IMG/VR virus record: IMGVR_UViG_3300018422_000003
Coordinates: 6,090 to 70,089 of that record
Direction: 5' to 3' (one strand)
From: a virus
DNA: 64,000 nt
Below are positions 37,588-47,692 of this stretch, piece by piece. The notes under the pieces are model-generated. The model had not been told where the DNA came from and did no database searches. It saw nothing but the letters and a program-made list of their open reading frames with translations. Made by a program: the position numbers and the translations under genes. Within the stretch, counting starts at the first letter, position 1, and each line of letters starts with the position of its first letter.

Positions 37588-37857
37588 TTACTGCCGCGGC
37601 TGCGCCGCTACGAGAGCCGAGCCGTCCTCGGTCAGCGTATAGCCGCCGGGGATCTGGTCGAGCTTCCGTTCGCGGACAACGTGATTCAAAAAGAACGACA
37701 GGAAGGCCTGCCCCTGACTGATCTGCTCGATTACGGGCTTGATCGTCCTGATTTGCTCCTCGGTCAGCTCATGCCGGGAGGAGGCAGCGGCGGTCGTATT
37801 CTCGGGCGCGAAAGCTGGTGGCTTCGCGGGTTTGGATCGATTGATAGGGTGTTGCAA
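37588..37857 (-). CDS. Hypothetical protein
   Basis: GAGGA SD, TTG start. Confidence 0.5.
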   Translation of the reverse strand: MQHPINRSKPAKPPAFAPENTTAAASSRHELTEEQIRTIKPVIEQISQGQAFLSFFLNHVVRERKLDQIPGGYTLTEDGSALVAAQPRQ

Positions 37858-38130
37858 TGTTTGGGGTTTCCTCGCGGGGTACTTCGTGCAAGGAGGCCGG
37901 GTGTTTTATCCGGGGAGAAAGGTACGCCTGCAGGTTGCGGAGGAAGACGGCCTCATTGGCCGCATGCCTCCATTCGGTCTTGCCGCGCCGCTCCCGCTTC
38001 TTCCGGTTGTGACACTGCCTGCAATACGGATCTTTACCCACGGCCGGGCGGCCTTTGCAGCTTGCGCACTCGTTGGTTAGTTTTCTGGGCCGTCCCACGC
38101 CGCAACGTCGCGCAAGGGAGACCCGGTGTT

Positions 38131-38583
38131 TTATGACTCGTTCGCCATTTCGCGGAAGTACTCGATAAACAGCTTGTCGGCTTCGCTCCACTGTTTGGAC
38201 GCCCGTACCGCCGCGCCGTCTTTCCAGGCCGCCAGCTCTTCATTCGTAGCGAGGAACTCGACCGTGAGCCGGTGGCCGTCATCGGTATACAGCCGCAAGT
38301 CGTCGTCGCGCTTTTCCCAAGTGCGGATGAGCTTCAAGTGGACATGCTGCTGGCCGGTCGATTCCGGCCAGCCCAGCTCCCGCCAGGCGACCCAAAAATC
38401 GAGGCCGTCCGTGCCCGCGTGAGGCAGCACGCGGACGACGCGCCACGCGTCCACAACCCACAGATCCATGCCTTTGTCGTCGGGCGCGTCGCCGCTGCTG
38501 GGCATGTTCACGAATGCCCGCGAACCCTCGCGGTTGAACTTCTCAAACAGCTCGGCCGTAATGGCTTCAACAGTGGCTTCCAC
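38131..38583 (-). CDS. Acidic 150-aa protein, candidate MuF-toxin immunity protein
   Basis: First gene downstream of extended MuF. Confidence 0.55.
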   Translation of the reverse strand: MEATVEAITAELFEKFNREGSRAFVNMPSSGDAPDDKGMDLWVVDAWRVVRVLPHAGTDGLDFWVAWRELGWPESTGQQHVHLKLIRTWEKRDDDLRLYTDDGHRLTVEFLATNEELAAWKDGAAVRASKQWSEADKLFIEYFREMANES

Positions 38584-38638
38584 CTATCCAGTAAAGCAGG
38601 CGGTGGCGCGAAAGTGTTCCTCGCTTGCCCAAAGCTTT

Positions 38639-41600
38639 TTAGTACCTTGAGCCGGCCTGTATGACTTTTTCAATCGGACGGCCATCGGGGAACTTCGTGA
38701 TTCCGTGCTTGCGGAATACGGCGAGGACCTCTTGGCGCTCATGCTCGTCCAGCGTTTTGACGTGATCGATTTCGTGCAGCAGAGACAGCGTGTTTTTCAA
38801 AATGGTCTCATTACCGGAATGCAGCGAGTACTTCTTAAATTCAGAGATCGTAGAACCGCGCTCTGTCGACACGGTGTCGCCGGTCACGCGGCCGTACTTA
38901 TCGCCGTCGTAGCTGATCGCGTCCATGCGGCGCAGGTTGCGTACTTTGAAATAAATCTGCGACTTCGTGTTAGCGGCTTTTTGAATACGAGTGAAGACGT
39001 AGCTGCCGCCGCCGCTTTTAATATCGGCGGTCGCTGAGCCTGCGCCCTTGCGTGTGATTCCGGTGCGGAGCTTTTCGGTGGTCGATACCATCGAGGCATT
39101 GTTGGGCAGAGCCACGTCGAAAAATTCGTTTAGCTTGGCGGACGCATTGCCGAACTTGATGTCATGAACGAGACGGTACTCGCCCAGTTGTTCGTTGAGC
39201 TGTTGCTCCGTTAGATCAAAACGGTACTGATGACGGTTGCCTGCCTGCTCGCCGTGTTTATCCCATCGCTGCTCGTACTGACCCTCGGGCTTATATTCGG
39301 GCAGCTTGGTCACATCCGGAACGCCGAGGCGGCGCGACCAATACGCGCGCATTTCAACCACGCGCGCCGCGTCGGACGTGTTCTCCGTCTTGTGTTTAGC
39401 CACCAGCTCCTTCCATTCGGCGGACGTGTGCGCATTGGCGACGTACGTCGCCTTTTGTAAATACAGCAGCTCCTCGTCCGTCTTCGTCGCCGCCTTCGTG
39501 TTCAGCCCGGTCTCCGATAGCCTTTTGAGCGCGTGCTCGACCTGCTTGGGATCGACCGCGCCGGGGACCATTACCTCCAGCGTTCCGTGGAACGTGAATG
39601 ACTTCGTGTTTGTGTCCCCCTTGCCCTCGCTGTACGGAATGTAGCGAACGCGAACGCCATCCTTCCAGGTGACGTTATACTGCTGCAGCCCGGCGCCCGC
39701 GCCTGTATACACCGAGCTGAGCGACACCTGCTCCTCAGCGACGATTATGCTGCCGTTTTTGATTTCCTTGGAATCAACCCGAGCCCCGGTTTGCTTGACG
39801 GTGAACTGCTTTTCTCCCGTTTGTATGGCGCCTTTATTCGCGGCTTGATCCTCCAGCTTCTTCAGCCGGGCGCGCTCTTTCGTGACCGCGCTCGTCCAGT
39901 CTGTGAATTCCTTTTTGAGCTGTTTCACCTGCTCGATCGACATCTGCCCGCCCCATCCAAAGGCCCACGCCTTGGAATCATCGGGCGTGCTCAGCGACAC
40001 GTTACCGACTCCGTTCACAAGATTGCTGAAGATCTGCTTGGACACGGGCGCGTGCGGGATTGGGACCAGCTCCACGTCGGACTTCGATGATGCCTTGTTG
40101 CTGTCGTCGTCATCGTCATCATTTTTAGCCACACCCGGATCGAGGCCGAGGCCGCGCAGGAAATCGTCCTGCGCTTCAAGCCGCAGCTTCATCCGCAGCA
40201 TTGTGCGGTCGCCCGCTTTGGTTTTTTCCTGCCACACGAGAACGTTCTGATCCTCGATCTGATCCTTATCGATAGCCAGCGTTTTGCCTTGCCAGCCGTT
40301 AGCTTTGGCCGTCGCGACATGCGCCAGGTTGCGCTCGCCAAGGTGAGCCAGATCGCCTGTCTCCGCCTCTTCCTCGGGCGCCGGATCATCCAGCACAACG
40401 CCCTTTTTCTTGGCGCGCTGTGCCCGCGTGTAAGCGTTGCGGGCGAGCCGCTTGGCCTCCGCCTCATCCTCGACGTTCAATACCGTAGCGGCCGCCGTTT
40501 GCGCGGCGGCGGCAGCTACATCGGCCGCCTTCTGAGCTGACGAGGCGGCCTCGGTAACATCCGATTTCTCGTCCTCGTCGATTTCCTTCTGCAGCGATTT
40601 CAGCTCCGATAAAGGCAGCCCATCGAGGAGGCCCTGCTCGTATTCGGACAAACCGTTGTAGCCGAGCGCCTCATGCTTTTTAACGATTTCTTTCTGCTCG
40701 TGTTTTTCCTGCTCGGTCGGCGCGAGATGCGGCTGCTTCTTCTGAGCGCTCGTCGGGGTGAGCGCGACCGTATCCGCGTCGTTAAGGAATGTGCTTTTGA
40801 AATCCGCGCCCGGGGTAACGAGGTGCGTCAGCGTGCCGTCCGCTTTGCTCCAGACGTAACCGCCCTTGACGCTGTCCCATGTCGCGGTCCAATTCGTATT
40901 CTTGTTTTGATACTTCGCCGCGAGGCCGGGCGGAGGTTCATCGGCGGCCTTTTTCGTCGCCGCCTTCGGAGGCTTCGGCGCCGCCGGCATGATTGGCGTC
41001 TGCGCGACCATGGCTTTGTTCTGCGAGGCCTTGGTCGTGCCGACGACCGACTTCTTCATCTGATCGGGAGACGTGACGGTATCGGTCGCCAGCGTGCCGT
41101 CAGGCTTGACCCAGACGTAACCGCCTTTGCCGCCGTCCCACTTTGCCGACCATTCGCTGTACTGGTTCTTGTAGACGGCCGCCATTCCGGGCGGTACCGG
41201 AGCCGCGTTGGCTTCGGCGGCGGCCTTTGCCTCGGCCGCCAGCTTTTCGGCGGCAGCGAGCTTGGCTTCGTATTCCGCTTTTTCGGCTGCCGCCTTTACT
41301 TTGGCCGCAGCTTCCTCGTTAGCTTTTTGGAGCGCCAGCGCATCCGCCGCTTTCTGATTGGCGGCGGCAATCGCATCCGCATGTGCCTTTTTCGCCGCCG
41401 CCATCTTGGCCGGATCGAAGCTGAAATGCGGGTCGCTGGTCAGCTTGCGATAGTACGTTTCGAAATCCGAGCGCAGGCTGTTCTTGCGCGCGATCGCCGC
41501 CGCCTTGAATTTGGCTGCGGCAGCCGGGCCGCCCGGATGATTCGCCGCGTAGCCTTCGACCGCCTTCAGGTAATCCGCGTCGCTGATCTTTTCAGCGGCC

Positions 41601-43153
41601 TCGATCGCGGGCAGGGAATCGGCCGGATTGAATTGGACCTTGCCCGCCTTGATGGCCTTGCCAAGCGTGTTGTAGAGCGGCTCCTGCTCACCGAAGCTTT
41701 TATTCGGGTGATAGTCGACGCTGAGCTGATCGTTGCCGATGTGCTTGTACGCCTGCGCTTTGTCGATCCCGTAGATTGCGCCCGATTTGGTCCGCAGGAA
41801 CTGGCCGGGGTGGCCGTCATGATTGCTGATCAGCCAATCGAGAACGTGCTCGCGCTGGATCTGCTGAATCTCAAACGCCGACAACGATTCCATCGGTACG
41901 GGCTTGTTCTGCCCACCGTTCGTGAAGTCGATTTTCTTTGCAAGATCCGGAACGAATTTCTGAGCGGATCCGAACTTCCCGCCGAGCGTCATCGTGTGAA
42001 CTTCGACGGCGGTTTGAGGGTTGACCAGGCGCGCTACATTAGCCGCCGCCTCCTCCGCGTACGGAATGATTTTCTTTGACGCATCGACGGGTTTGAACAG
42101 CCAGTCGTTGCCCGCCGGATCGGTCCAGATCTCCTTGGCGTGAGCGCCGCCGAGGCCGGGGTTAGCGGACTTGAGCGCCCATGGTTTCGGCGCAGGCGGC
42201 TTGGGCGCTTCCGGAGGCGCGGGTGGTACGTAAGTGCCGGGTCGCTTCTCAAAGCCCAACGCTTCGCGCGTGGCGGCCATAGCGACCGCCTGCGGCATCT
42301 TCCCGCTGGCGCCGGTATCGGCAGCCTTCGGCGCGGGCATGTCCGCTGGCCACGGCATCCAGACGTGACGGCAATTCCAGCCGCCGCCGTAGCGCAGCGC
42401 CGGGAGCAATGGCGTTTTTGAAAGCTGCTTCAGCTCCGCATCCATCGCGTGAATATCTTTGAGCGTGTACAGCTTGTCGATTTTCGCGAGGCAGAACGGG
42501 CGGTTCTTAATGTCCTTCGGCCCGCGATAGGTGAAGTTTTTGATTCCGGCGGTTTGCCAGATCTTCATCGACACGGTCCGGTCGTAAACAACCAGCGCCG
42601 TGTCCGCGTACGTAGCCGCGTAGTTCTTCAGCTTGAGGTCGAGCGTTGCCGCAATCTTGTCGATGAGCGGCGCCCGCGCGGTACCGAGCAGCGCGTTCTG
42701 GATGACTGCCTGCCCGACCGATTTCACGGCCTCTGTGCCGAGGCCGGACAGGTAATCGTAATCGATATTCTTGAGCTGCTTTAGGGCGTTGCGATCGAGC
42801 GGCGCGAGCCGTTCGTCGGGAAGCTTCAGCGCCTTCACGGTGGCGATCGCATTCTCGACCGATTGATCGAAGCTGCCGGTCAGCTCTTTTACCAGCTCGG
42901 GATAGCCTTCGCTGTTGAGCTGCTTTTGTAGCTCAGCCTGGAGCTGCAGCAGCGATTGCGCCTGCGCCGCGACCTTCGGTGTCAGCTCGCCGGCGGAAAG
43001 GATTTCGATGACGCGCGAGCGCATGGCAGCGACCGTCTTCTTCAACCCGGCTTCGAACACGGCGAGCGCCTTGGCCTGCGAGGTAATCGAGGCGTTGGAG
43101 ATTTCGGTAACCGCGCCAAGCTGGCGCTCCGGTTGATTGTTATAGCGCGGCAT
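38639..43153 (-). CDS. MuF (SPP1 gp7-like) head protein with kinase-like and ART-like extensions
   Basis: YRGPKD..NRPFC...GGWNCRH (MuF); WLFKP/AEEAA/DWLISNHDGH/IDKAQ (HipA/PI3K-like); C-terminal H...VST...YVFTR...NETIL. Confidence 0.85.
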   Translation of the reverse strand: MPRYNNQPERQLGAVTEISNASITSQAKALAVFEAGLKKTVAAMRSRVIEILSAGELTPKVAAQAQSLLQLQAELQKQLNSEGYPELVKELTGSFDQSVENAIATVKALKLPDERLAPLDRNALKQLKNIDYDYLSGLGTEAVKSVGQAVIQNALLGTARAPLIDKIAATLDLKLKNYAATYADTALVVYDRTVSMKIWQTAGIKNFTYRGPKDIKNRPFCLAKIDKLYTLKDIHAMDAELKQLSKTPLLPALRYGGGWNCRHVWMPWPADMPAPKAADTGASGKMPQAVAMAATREALGFEKRPGTYVPPAPPEAPKPPAPKPWALKSANPGLGGAHAKEIWTDPAGNDWLFKPVDASKKIIPYAEEAAANVARLVNPQTAVEVHTMTLGGKFGSAQKFVPDLAKKIDFTNGGQNKPVPMESLSAFEIQQIQREHVLDWLISNHDGHPGQFLRTKSGAIYGIDKAQAYKHIGNDQLSVDYHPNKSFGEQEPLYNTLGKAIKAGKVQFNPADSLPAIEAAEKISDADYLKAVEGYAANHPGGPAAAAKFKAAAIARKNSLRSDFETYYRKLTSDPHFSFDPAKMAAAKKAHADAIAAANQKAADALALQKANEEAAAKVKAAAEKAEYEAKLAAAEKLAAEAKAAAEANAAPVPPGMAAVYKNQYSEWSAKWDGGKGGYVWVKPDGTLATDTVTSPDQMKKSVVGTTKASQNKAMVAQTPIMPAAPKPPKAATKKAADEPPPGLAAKYQNKNTNWTATWDSVKGGYVWSKADGTLTHLVTPGADFKSTFLNDADTVALTPTSAQKKQPHLAPTEQEKHEQKEIVKKHEALGYNGLSEYEQGLLDGLPLSELKSLQKEIDEDEKSDVTEAASSAQKAADVAAAAAQTAAATVLNVEDEAEAKRLARNAYTRAQRAKKKGVVLDDPAPEEEAETGDLAHLGERNLAHVATAKANGWQGKTLAIDKDQIEDQNVLVWQEKTKAGDRTMLRMKLRLEAQDDFLRGLGLDPGVAKNDDDDDDSNKASSKSDVELVPIPHAPVSKQIFSNLVNGVGNVSLSTPDDSKAWAFGWGGQMSIEQVKQLKKEFTDWTSAVTKERARLKKLEDQAANKGAIQTGEKQFTVKQTGARVDSKEIKNGSIIVAEEQVSLSSVYTGAGAGLQQYNVTWKDGVRVRYIPYSEGKGDTNTKSFTFHGTLEVMVPGAVDPKQVEHALKRLSETGLNTKAATKTDEELLYLQKATYVANAHTSAEWKELVAKHKTENTSDAARVVEMRAYWSRRLGVPDVTKLPEYKPEGQYEQRWDKHGEQAGNRHQYRFDLTEQQLNEQLGEYRLVHDIKFGNASAKLNEFFDVALPNNASMVSTTEKLRTGITRKGAGSATADIKSGGGSYVFTRIQKAANTKSQIYFKVRNLRRMDAISYDGDKYGRVTGDTVSTERGSTISEFKKYSLHSGNETILKNTLSLLHEIDHVKTLDEHERQEVLAVFRKHGITKFPDGRPIEKVIQAGSRY

Positions 43154-43155
43154 TC

Positions 43156-43545
43156 TTAGGAGGCCCGCTTTGCGCGGACGAGCGCTACGCAGGCTTCACT
43201 GATTGCCTCGATCGCCTGCTCCTGCGCCGTATCCTCGGCTGAGTCAGGGTCGACGCCCAGCGGCGCGAGGTGCAAATGACAAAGCTCGTGTACGATATCC
43301 AGCTCCATGTCCTGAGCGCCTTTGAAGCCGGAGCGCCGGTAATCCCACGGCCGCATCAGCCGGATCGTCGCGGTCTTGCGCAGCAGATTCCAATCGATCT
43401 TGGCCTGGACTTTCGCCGGCATGTCCCGCTTGCTGGAGATGACGACCTCGACGCGCCAATCCCGCAGGCGCAGCACGCCCTGATACCAGGAGCACATCGC
43501 AGCCGCCTCGGCGGCATCATAGATAACCTCGCCCGCTGCAGCCAT
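43156..43545 (-). CDS. Zinc metallopeptidase-like protein (HExxH)
   Basis: DIVHELCHLHL, downstream EQA. Confidence 0.7.
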   Translation of the reverse strand: MAAAGEVIYDAAEAAAMCSWYQGVLRLRDWRVEVVISSKRDMPAKVQAKIDWNLLRKTATIRLMRPWDYRRSGFKGAQDMELDIVHELCHLHLAPLGVDPDSAEDTAQEQAIEAISEACVALVRAKRAS

Positions 43546-43551
43546 GGCGGT

Positions 43552-45072
43552 TTACTCTTCTTCTTCGGCGCCGGGGCCGCCGGGCGCTGGCATTTCAAGC
43601 GCCGGATCTTTCATCGCCGCAATGTCGGCGGTGATTATGGCTTTGCGATCTTCAGGCAGCGAGGTGAGCAGCTTGAATACGGCGCGCTCCATCAGCTCCT
43701 GCCGCGCGCTCAGCGGCGCTCCCGCGGATTGCAGCAGGATCATTGCGTCGATGAGGTCCTTGGCGGTCGATAGATCGTACTTACGCGCGTACTGGACGTT
43801 GCCCTTCCATTCCGAGCCGAGGTATAGCCCGGCGAAATAGAGGATCTGCTTTACTGCGTCCTCCTCCCATCCGGCCATGCCTGCCAGGATCTTCTCGGCT
43901 TCGCTGAAGTCCCATTCCTTCGATACGCCGGACTGCGTGTCGTTCGCGCCGCCGCTGGTTTGGAGCGCCTTGCCCTGGATGCCCATGTGGCGCAGCGCCA
44001 GCGAGAACATCGTTCCGAAGGCTTTCCAGCCGGATTCAAACGGGCCGCTGTCGGGGGATACGTAGAAAAACTCTTCCTGCTCCTCGGGGTTGAGGTGCAT
44101 GATGGTTGCCGCGCCGACGCCCGCATCGCCCGGTGACTTGAGGCTTTTGAATACGGGGACCGGAAACATTGAGCTTTCGAGGTTCTCGTCGAAGCTCGAA
44201 ACCCAATTGGTCAGCAGCTGCGCAAACTTGGCCGCGTCGCGCAAAAGCGAGTCGCCGCGGAAAGCGCCGAGGCGTACGTGATACATCGGCACGACCGGAA
44301 TTGCGCCGACGCTGTTGCGCCCGGTGCTTACGCCGATCCAGTGGCCTTCGACCTTCTCAAACACGATCCATTTCTCGAGAGACCAGTACCGGAGCTGCTC
44401 GGTGCAGGCGCTCGAATTCTCATCGAGCACACTGCCCTGGGACGGGGCCTCGCGCCGGAACAGAATCTCGATGGGCCTGCCGCGCTCGTCGAGCCGCCAG
44501 TTGAGCATGTCCTCACGCGGAATATGCACGAGGTACGGCCGCAGGTTTTGTTCGTGCTGATCGCGCCGGGTGATGACGGGCCGCTGCGGATCCGCCTGCG
44601 GCATGTCGATCAGGACGAAGTCGCAGCCGGTGACGGTTTTCGATGTTCGAACGGAGCTGAGGAATTGCGCGAGCGATTGGCCCTGCAGATCCGCGTCATC
44701 GAGGAACGCCGCGAAGGCGTCTCCGTTGGGCGTGATCATTGCGTTCTCGGGCTTGCCGACCGTCGCTGCGTAAAAGTCCACAATCGGGCCGACCAGATTC
44801 ACATACACAGCCCGCGCCAGCCGGTGGCAGTACTTGTCGTGGCGCTCCATCGGGTACTGCCAGAGGTAGTTCTGCGTCCCGGTGTACACGCCCGAAAGGC
44901 CGGGATCGGTCTTCGGTGAGAGCATCGCCGACGATCCGGCTGCCGCCGCCGGGAGAGGATTCCGGGTGCTCGGATAGAGCGGCCCGCCGTCGTAGTGATC
45001 CCGATAAAATTTCCAGAGCGCGTTTCCGCTCGTATATACGGGGTGCCTCTGCTCTAACGCTTTGTTATCCAT
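43552..45072 (-). CDS. Portal protein (SPP1/DUF4055-like)
   Basis: HPxY, YxxRLxRAxY, CDFVLIDMP, RPYLV, LNW, IPVVP, SGVSK motifs; upstream of MuF. Confidence 0.9.
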   Translation of the reverse strand: MDNKALEQRHPVYTSGNALWKFYRDHYDGGPLYPSTRNPLPAAAAGSSAMLSPKTDPGLSGVYTGTQNYLWQYPMERHDKYCHRLARAVYVNLVGPIVDFYAATVGKPENAMITPNGDAFAAFLDDADLQGQSLAQFLSSVRTSKTVTGCDFVLIDMPQADPQRPVITRRDQHEQNLRPYLVHIPREDMLNWRLDERGRPIEILFRREAPSQGSVLDENSSACTEQLRYWSLEKWIVFEKVEGHWIGVSTGRNSVGAIPVVPMYHVRLGAFRGDSLLRDAAKFAQLLTNWVSSFDENLESSMFPVPVFKSLKSPGDAGVGAATIMHLNPEEQEEFFYVSPDSGPFESGWKAFGTMFSLALRHMGIQGKALQTSGGANDTQSGVSKEWDFSEAEKILAGMAGWEEDAVKQILYFAGLYLGSEWKGNVQYARKYDLSTAKDLIDAMILLQSAGAPLSARQELMERAVFKLLTSLPEDRKAIITADIAAMKDPALEMPAPGGPGAEEEE

Positions 45073-45198
45073 TGTTTCGGCCGGGAGGGGGTGGCCGGGC
45101 GCGCGGCTAGGGACCGTGCTCGGGGCCGCCCTCTCCTTCTGCCGGGGAAGTCGCGCGTGGCGAGTGTTAGGTTTAGAGGCATGGCGTGGGCGCCGGAG

Positions 45199-45438
45199 AT
45201 GACAACCACACGAGCCGATAGGCGGGCGAGCCTGACCGCCGACGAAGCCGTTAAGATGTGGGCCATTGCCGGAGGCGAAGAGCAGAAGTTTCGGGATATA
45301 TTCGAGCTGCTCGTTACGATTCAGCTCGCGCGCATGCCTCTACAGACAGCGACGCCTCGCTCACCTCTTAATCCCTACGGCTCGGAGGGCAATCCGGTGG
45401 ATGTCAGCGACCGGCTGCGCGGGAATGAGAAACCTTAA
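45199..45438 (+). CDS. Small antisense ORF between portal and endolysin
   Basis: C-terminal 20 aa nearly identical to N-terminus of the 55365 ORF. Confidence 0.5.
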   Translation: MTTTRADRRASLTADEAVKMWAIAGGEEQKFRDIFELLVTIQLARMPLQTATPRSPLNPYGSEGNPVDVSDRLRGNEKP

Positions 45439-45959
45439 CCCTCGGTAATGAACTTCAGCGCCTCGGCTGCGGGCGATCCGCGGAACAGAGCCGCCTCCGC
45501 CGAGCGGCGTTTGGAGAGGCCCGCAAAGACGGCTGTCTCGCCAGTATCCGGGTGCTTCCCCTTGTTCCAAAACTTAAATTGAGCCGCCGCGCCCTCGTAA
45601 TCGGCGTGGTTGAGCTTGCGCAGCAGCGTACACTCGATCGTGTTCCACCGTGACTTTCGGATATTGTGAACAAATGAGACAAGAGCGTCGAATTCGTTCT
45701 GCGTCAAAGGTACCGTCACCTTCCGGCGGACATAAGCAGCCGCCTCCGCGACGTCCACGCGTAGCAGCCCCTCGGCCTGCGCGGGTGTGATCCGCTGGCC
45801 GGGTGAGACCATCGCTTTGGTCGTGCCGAAGCCGATCGTCAAAATCCCGGCCGGGCAACGGTACGCTTCGAGCCGGGGCTGACCGCCCTCGGCCTCCGCG
45901 TGGCGGATGATTACCAGCGCATCCTCGGTCGGCCTCAAATCAGTAACAGGGTTTCTCAT
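45435..45959 (-). CDS. Endolysin, GH24 lysozyme
   Basis: E...AYRCPAGILTIGFGTT, LTQNEFDALVSF, GLSKRRSAE. Confidence 0.92.
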   Translation of the reverse strand: MRNPVTDLRPTEDALVIIRHAEAEGGQPRLEAYRCPAGILTIGFGTTKAMVSPGQRITPAQAEGLLRVDVAEAAAYVRRKVTVPLTQNEFDALVSFVHNIRKSRWNTIECTLLRKLNHADYEGAAAQFKFWNKGKHPDTGETAVFAGLSKRRSAEAALFRGSPAAEALKFITEG

Positions 45960-46246
45960 CAGCCCATCGGCTCCAAAATCTCAAGAACGAACGTCCGCTT
46001 GCCTGACTTTCGTCCGGCGCTCGTGACGACGCTATTGCCGATCAAATACTTCTCGCCCGGCTCAGCGGCCGCCGTCCCGATCCATACCGTCGCGGTCGTA
46101 GAGGTCTTGGTGCTCACGGACGGTTCTGTGAGCGGCGAGGGAACGGTCCATGTGCTGGTGGCGATCGATTCGCCCTCTTGTAGCCAGCCGCTCCAATCGC
46201 GCGTGTAATCAAGCTCCGCCAAAGTTGTCGATTGAAAAATTTTCAT
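45959..46246 (-). CDS. Fibre adaptor-like small structural protein
   Basis: LDYTRDWSGWL..GESIATSTW...TATVW...TSAGR pattern. Confidence 0.7.
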   Translation of the reverse strand: MKIFQSTTLAELDYTRDWSGWLQEGESIATSTWTVPSPLTEPSVSTKTSTTATVWIGTAAAEPGEKYLIGNSVVTSAGRKSGKRTFVLEILEPMG

Positions 46247-47682
46247 CGTGGTATCGTCCTGTTCTCGTCCGCGTTGATGACCGTACGGAAGTCTCGGGGT
46301 GTCCCCGCCTCGCGCAGCTCCGCCGCCGTTTGGATCGTGCGGGCCGCCGCCGGGGTGTACGCCGTCGCCTCAATCTGAAGCCCGGTGGCCGCCGACGATC
46401 CGGCCGGGGCCGTGCTGGAGCCAACGCCAGAGAAGATCCGCCCGCCGATACCAGCCGAGGAAGCAAGGCCCGTCGATGCGCCCGCGCCGCCGAAAAGCTG
46501 CCAGCCGGTCCCCTCGGTAGAGGCCCTTGCGGTGATGCTGAGCGCGCCGGAGAAGACTTGGCCGCCAGATCCCGCTGACGTCGCCGTCGCCGTGCTGGTG
46601 GCTGATCCGCCGCCGATAACGATCTGCTGCCCGCTGCCCGTACTTTGCGCCGCCGGGATGGCTGAGCCGCCCGAGCCTGCAAATACCAGCGCTCCCGAGC
46701 TGCTGGCCTCCGCCGTAGCGATCGAGGAAGCCGCGCCGGTTGCGCCTTGAATGCCTGATCCGCCGGTCAGCGCAGCCGCCGTACTTTGTCCGGATCCAGA
46801 GAATACCAGCGCTCCCGATCCGGCGGCCTGCGCCGTCCCGGTTGCCGCGCCTGCGCCCGCAAACACCAGAGCGCCGTTTGCTGCCGCCGTGGGCGCGCTG
46901 GTGGCGCTGTCCCCGGCTGAGCTGAAGCTCAGTGAGCCGGTCGCGGCCGCCGCGCCAGGCGTAACGCTGTTTGCGCCCGTCCCGGCAAACGCCAGCGATC
47001 CGGAGCCGATGACTGAGGCCGCTCCCGCCGCCGCGCCTGCTCCTGCAAATTCGAGAGAACCGGTTCCGGCCGCCGCCGCTGTCCCGGTCGACGCGCCTGA
47101 TCCCGAGACGGCGCTGCTGATCGTTCCGCCGCTGAAGTCATCGAGCCGCCCGGTTTGGGCGAGCTGGACGAGGCCGAGGTATCCGGCCGCTGTGACGGAG
47201 GAATCGGTCGCGCTGAGAACTTGCGTCCAGGAGCCTGCTGCGGCCTTGTAATAGCCCTTGATCTGATTGCCGATTGCCTCGATGCCGACCGAATCGCCGG
47301 CGGAAACTTCCTGGTTGACCGCGCTGGCAATTAGAGTTTGCGATCCGGCGACGGTCTTGTAAAGGCTGAGCTGATCCGTGCCGCCTGACTTTTGGACGTG
47401 CAGGAAGTAGTTGCTGACCGAGCCGGTGCCGGGGCTGGTGATCCGGAGCGCGACCTCGAAATGGTCGGCTGAAACGGGAACGGTGACGTACGCCTCCGCA
47501 TCGGGGCCGTAGGTTGCCGCGTTGTAATACGCGGAGCACCAGGACGCGTTTGATCCTGTGACTGCGTTTCCGTTTATGTTCAGGCCGCTATCGCCCGCGA
47601 ACAGACCGCCGGTCCAGACACCCGAGAGTGTTCCGTTCCCGCGGTTAAAGTTGTCGAGAAGCGCGGTCGTCGGGAATGCCAT
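46243..47682 (-). CDS. Fibre protein: ConA-like head plus Gly/Ala/Ser repeats
   Basis: DNFNR...DDFSGG beta-sandwich, then ~20-aa GxLxFxGxG repeats. Confidence 0.7.
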   Translation of the reverse strand: MAFPTTALLDNFNRGNGTLSGVWTGGLFAGDSGLNINGNAVTGSNASWCSAYYNAATYGPDAEAYVTVPVSADHFEVALRITSPGTGSVSNYFLHVQKSGGTDQLSLYKTVAGSQTLIASAVNQEVSAGDSVGIEAIGNQIKGYYKAAAGSWTQVLSATDSSVTAAGYLGLVQLAQTGRLDDFSGGTISSAVSGSGASTGTAAAAGTGSLEFAGAGAAAGAASVIGSGSLAFAGTGANSVTPGAAAATGSLSFSSAGDSATSAPTAAANGALVFAGAGAATGTAQAAGSGALVFSGSGQSTAAALTGGSGIQGATGAASSIATAEASSSGALVFAGSGGSAIPAAQSTGSGQQIVIGGGSATSTATATSAGSGGQVFSGALSITARASTEGTGWQLFGGAGASTGLASSAGIGGRIFSGVGSSTAPAGSSAATGLQIEATAYTPAAARTIQTAAELREAGTPRDFRTVINADENRTIPR

Positions 47683-47692
47683 CAGGCGCTAC

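Noticed and set aside
37769-38191. Basic Cys-containing ORF (CASC...YCRQC) downstream of the immunity candidate
   Set aside because: Start ambiguous and overlaps both neighbours; may be a real short gene from ~38134 but not supportable as given
16034-42079. Long plus-strand ORFs (16034-17770, 18764-20056, 40673-42079 and others)
   Set aside because: Antisense shadows of GC-rich structural genes; Arg-rich with no motifs
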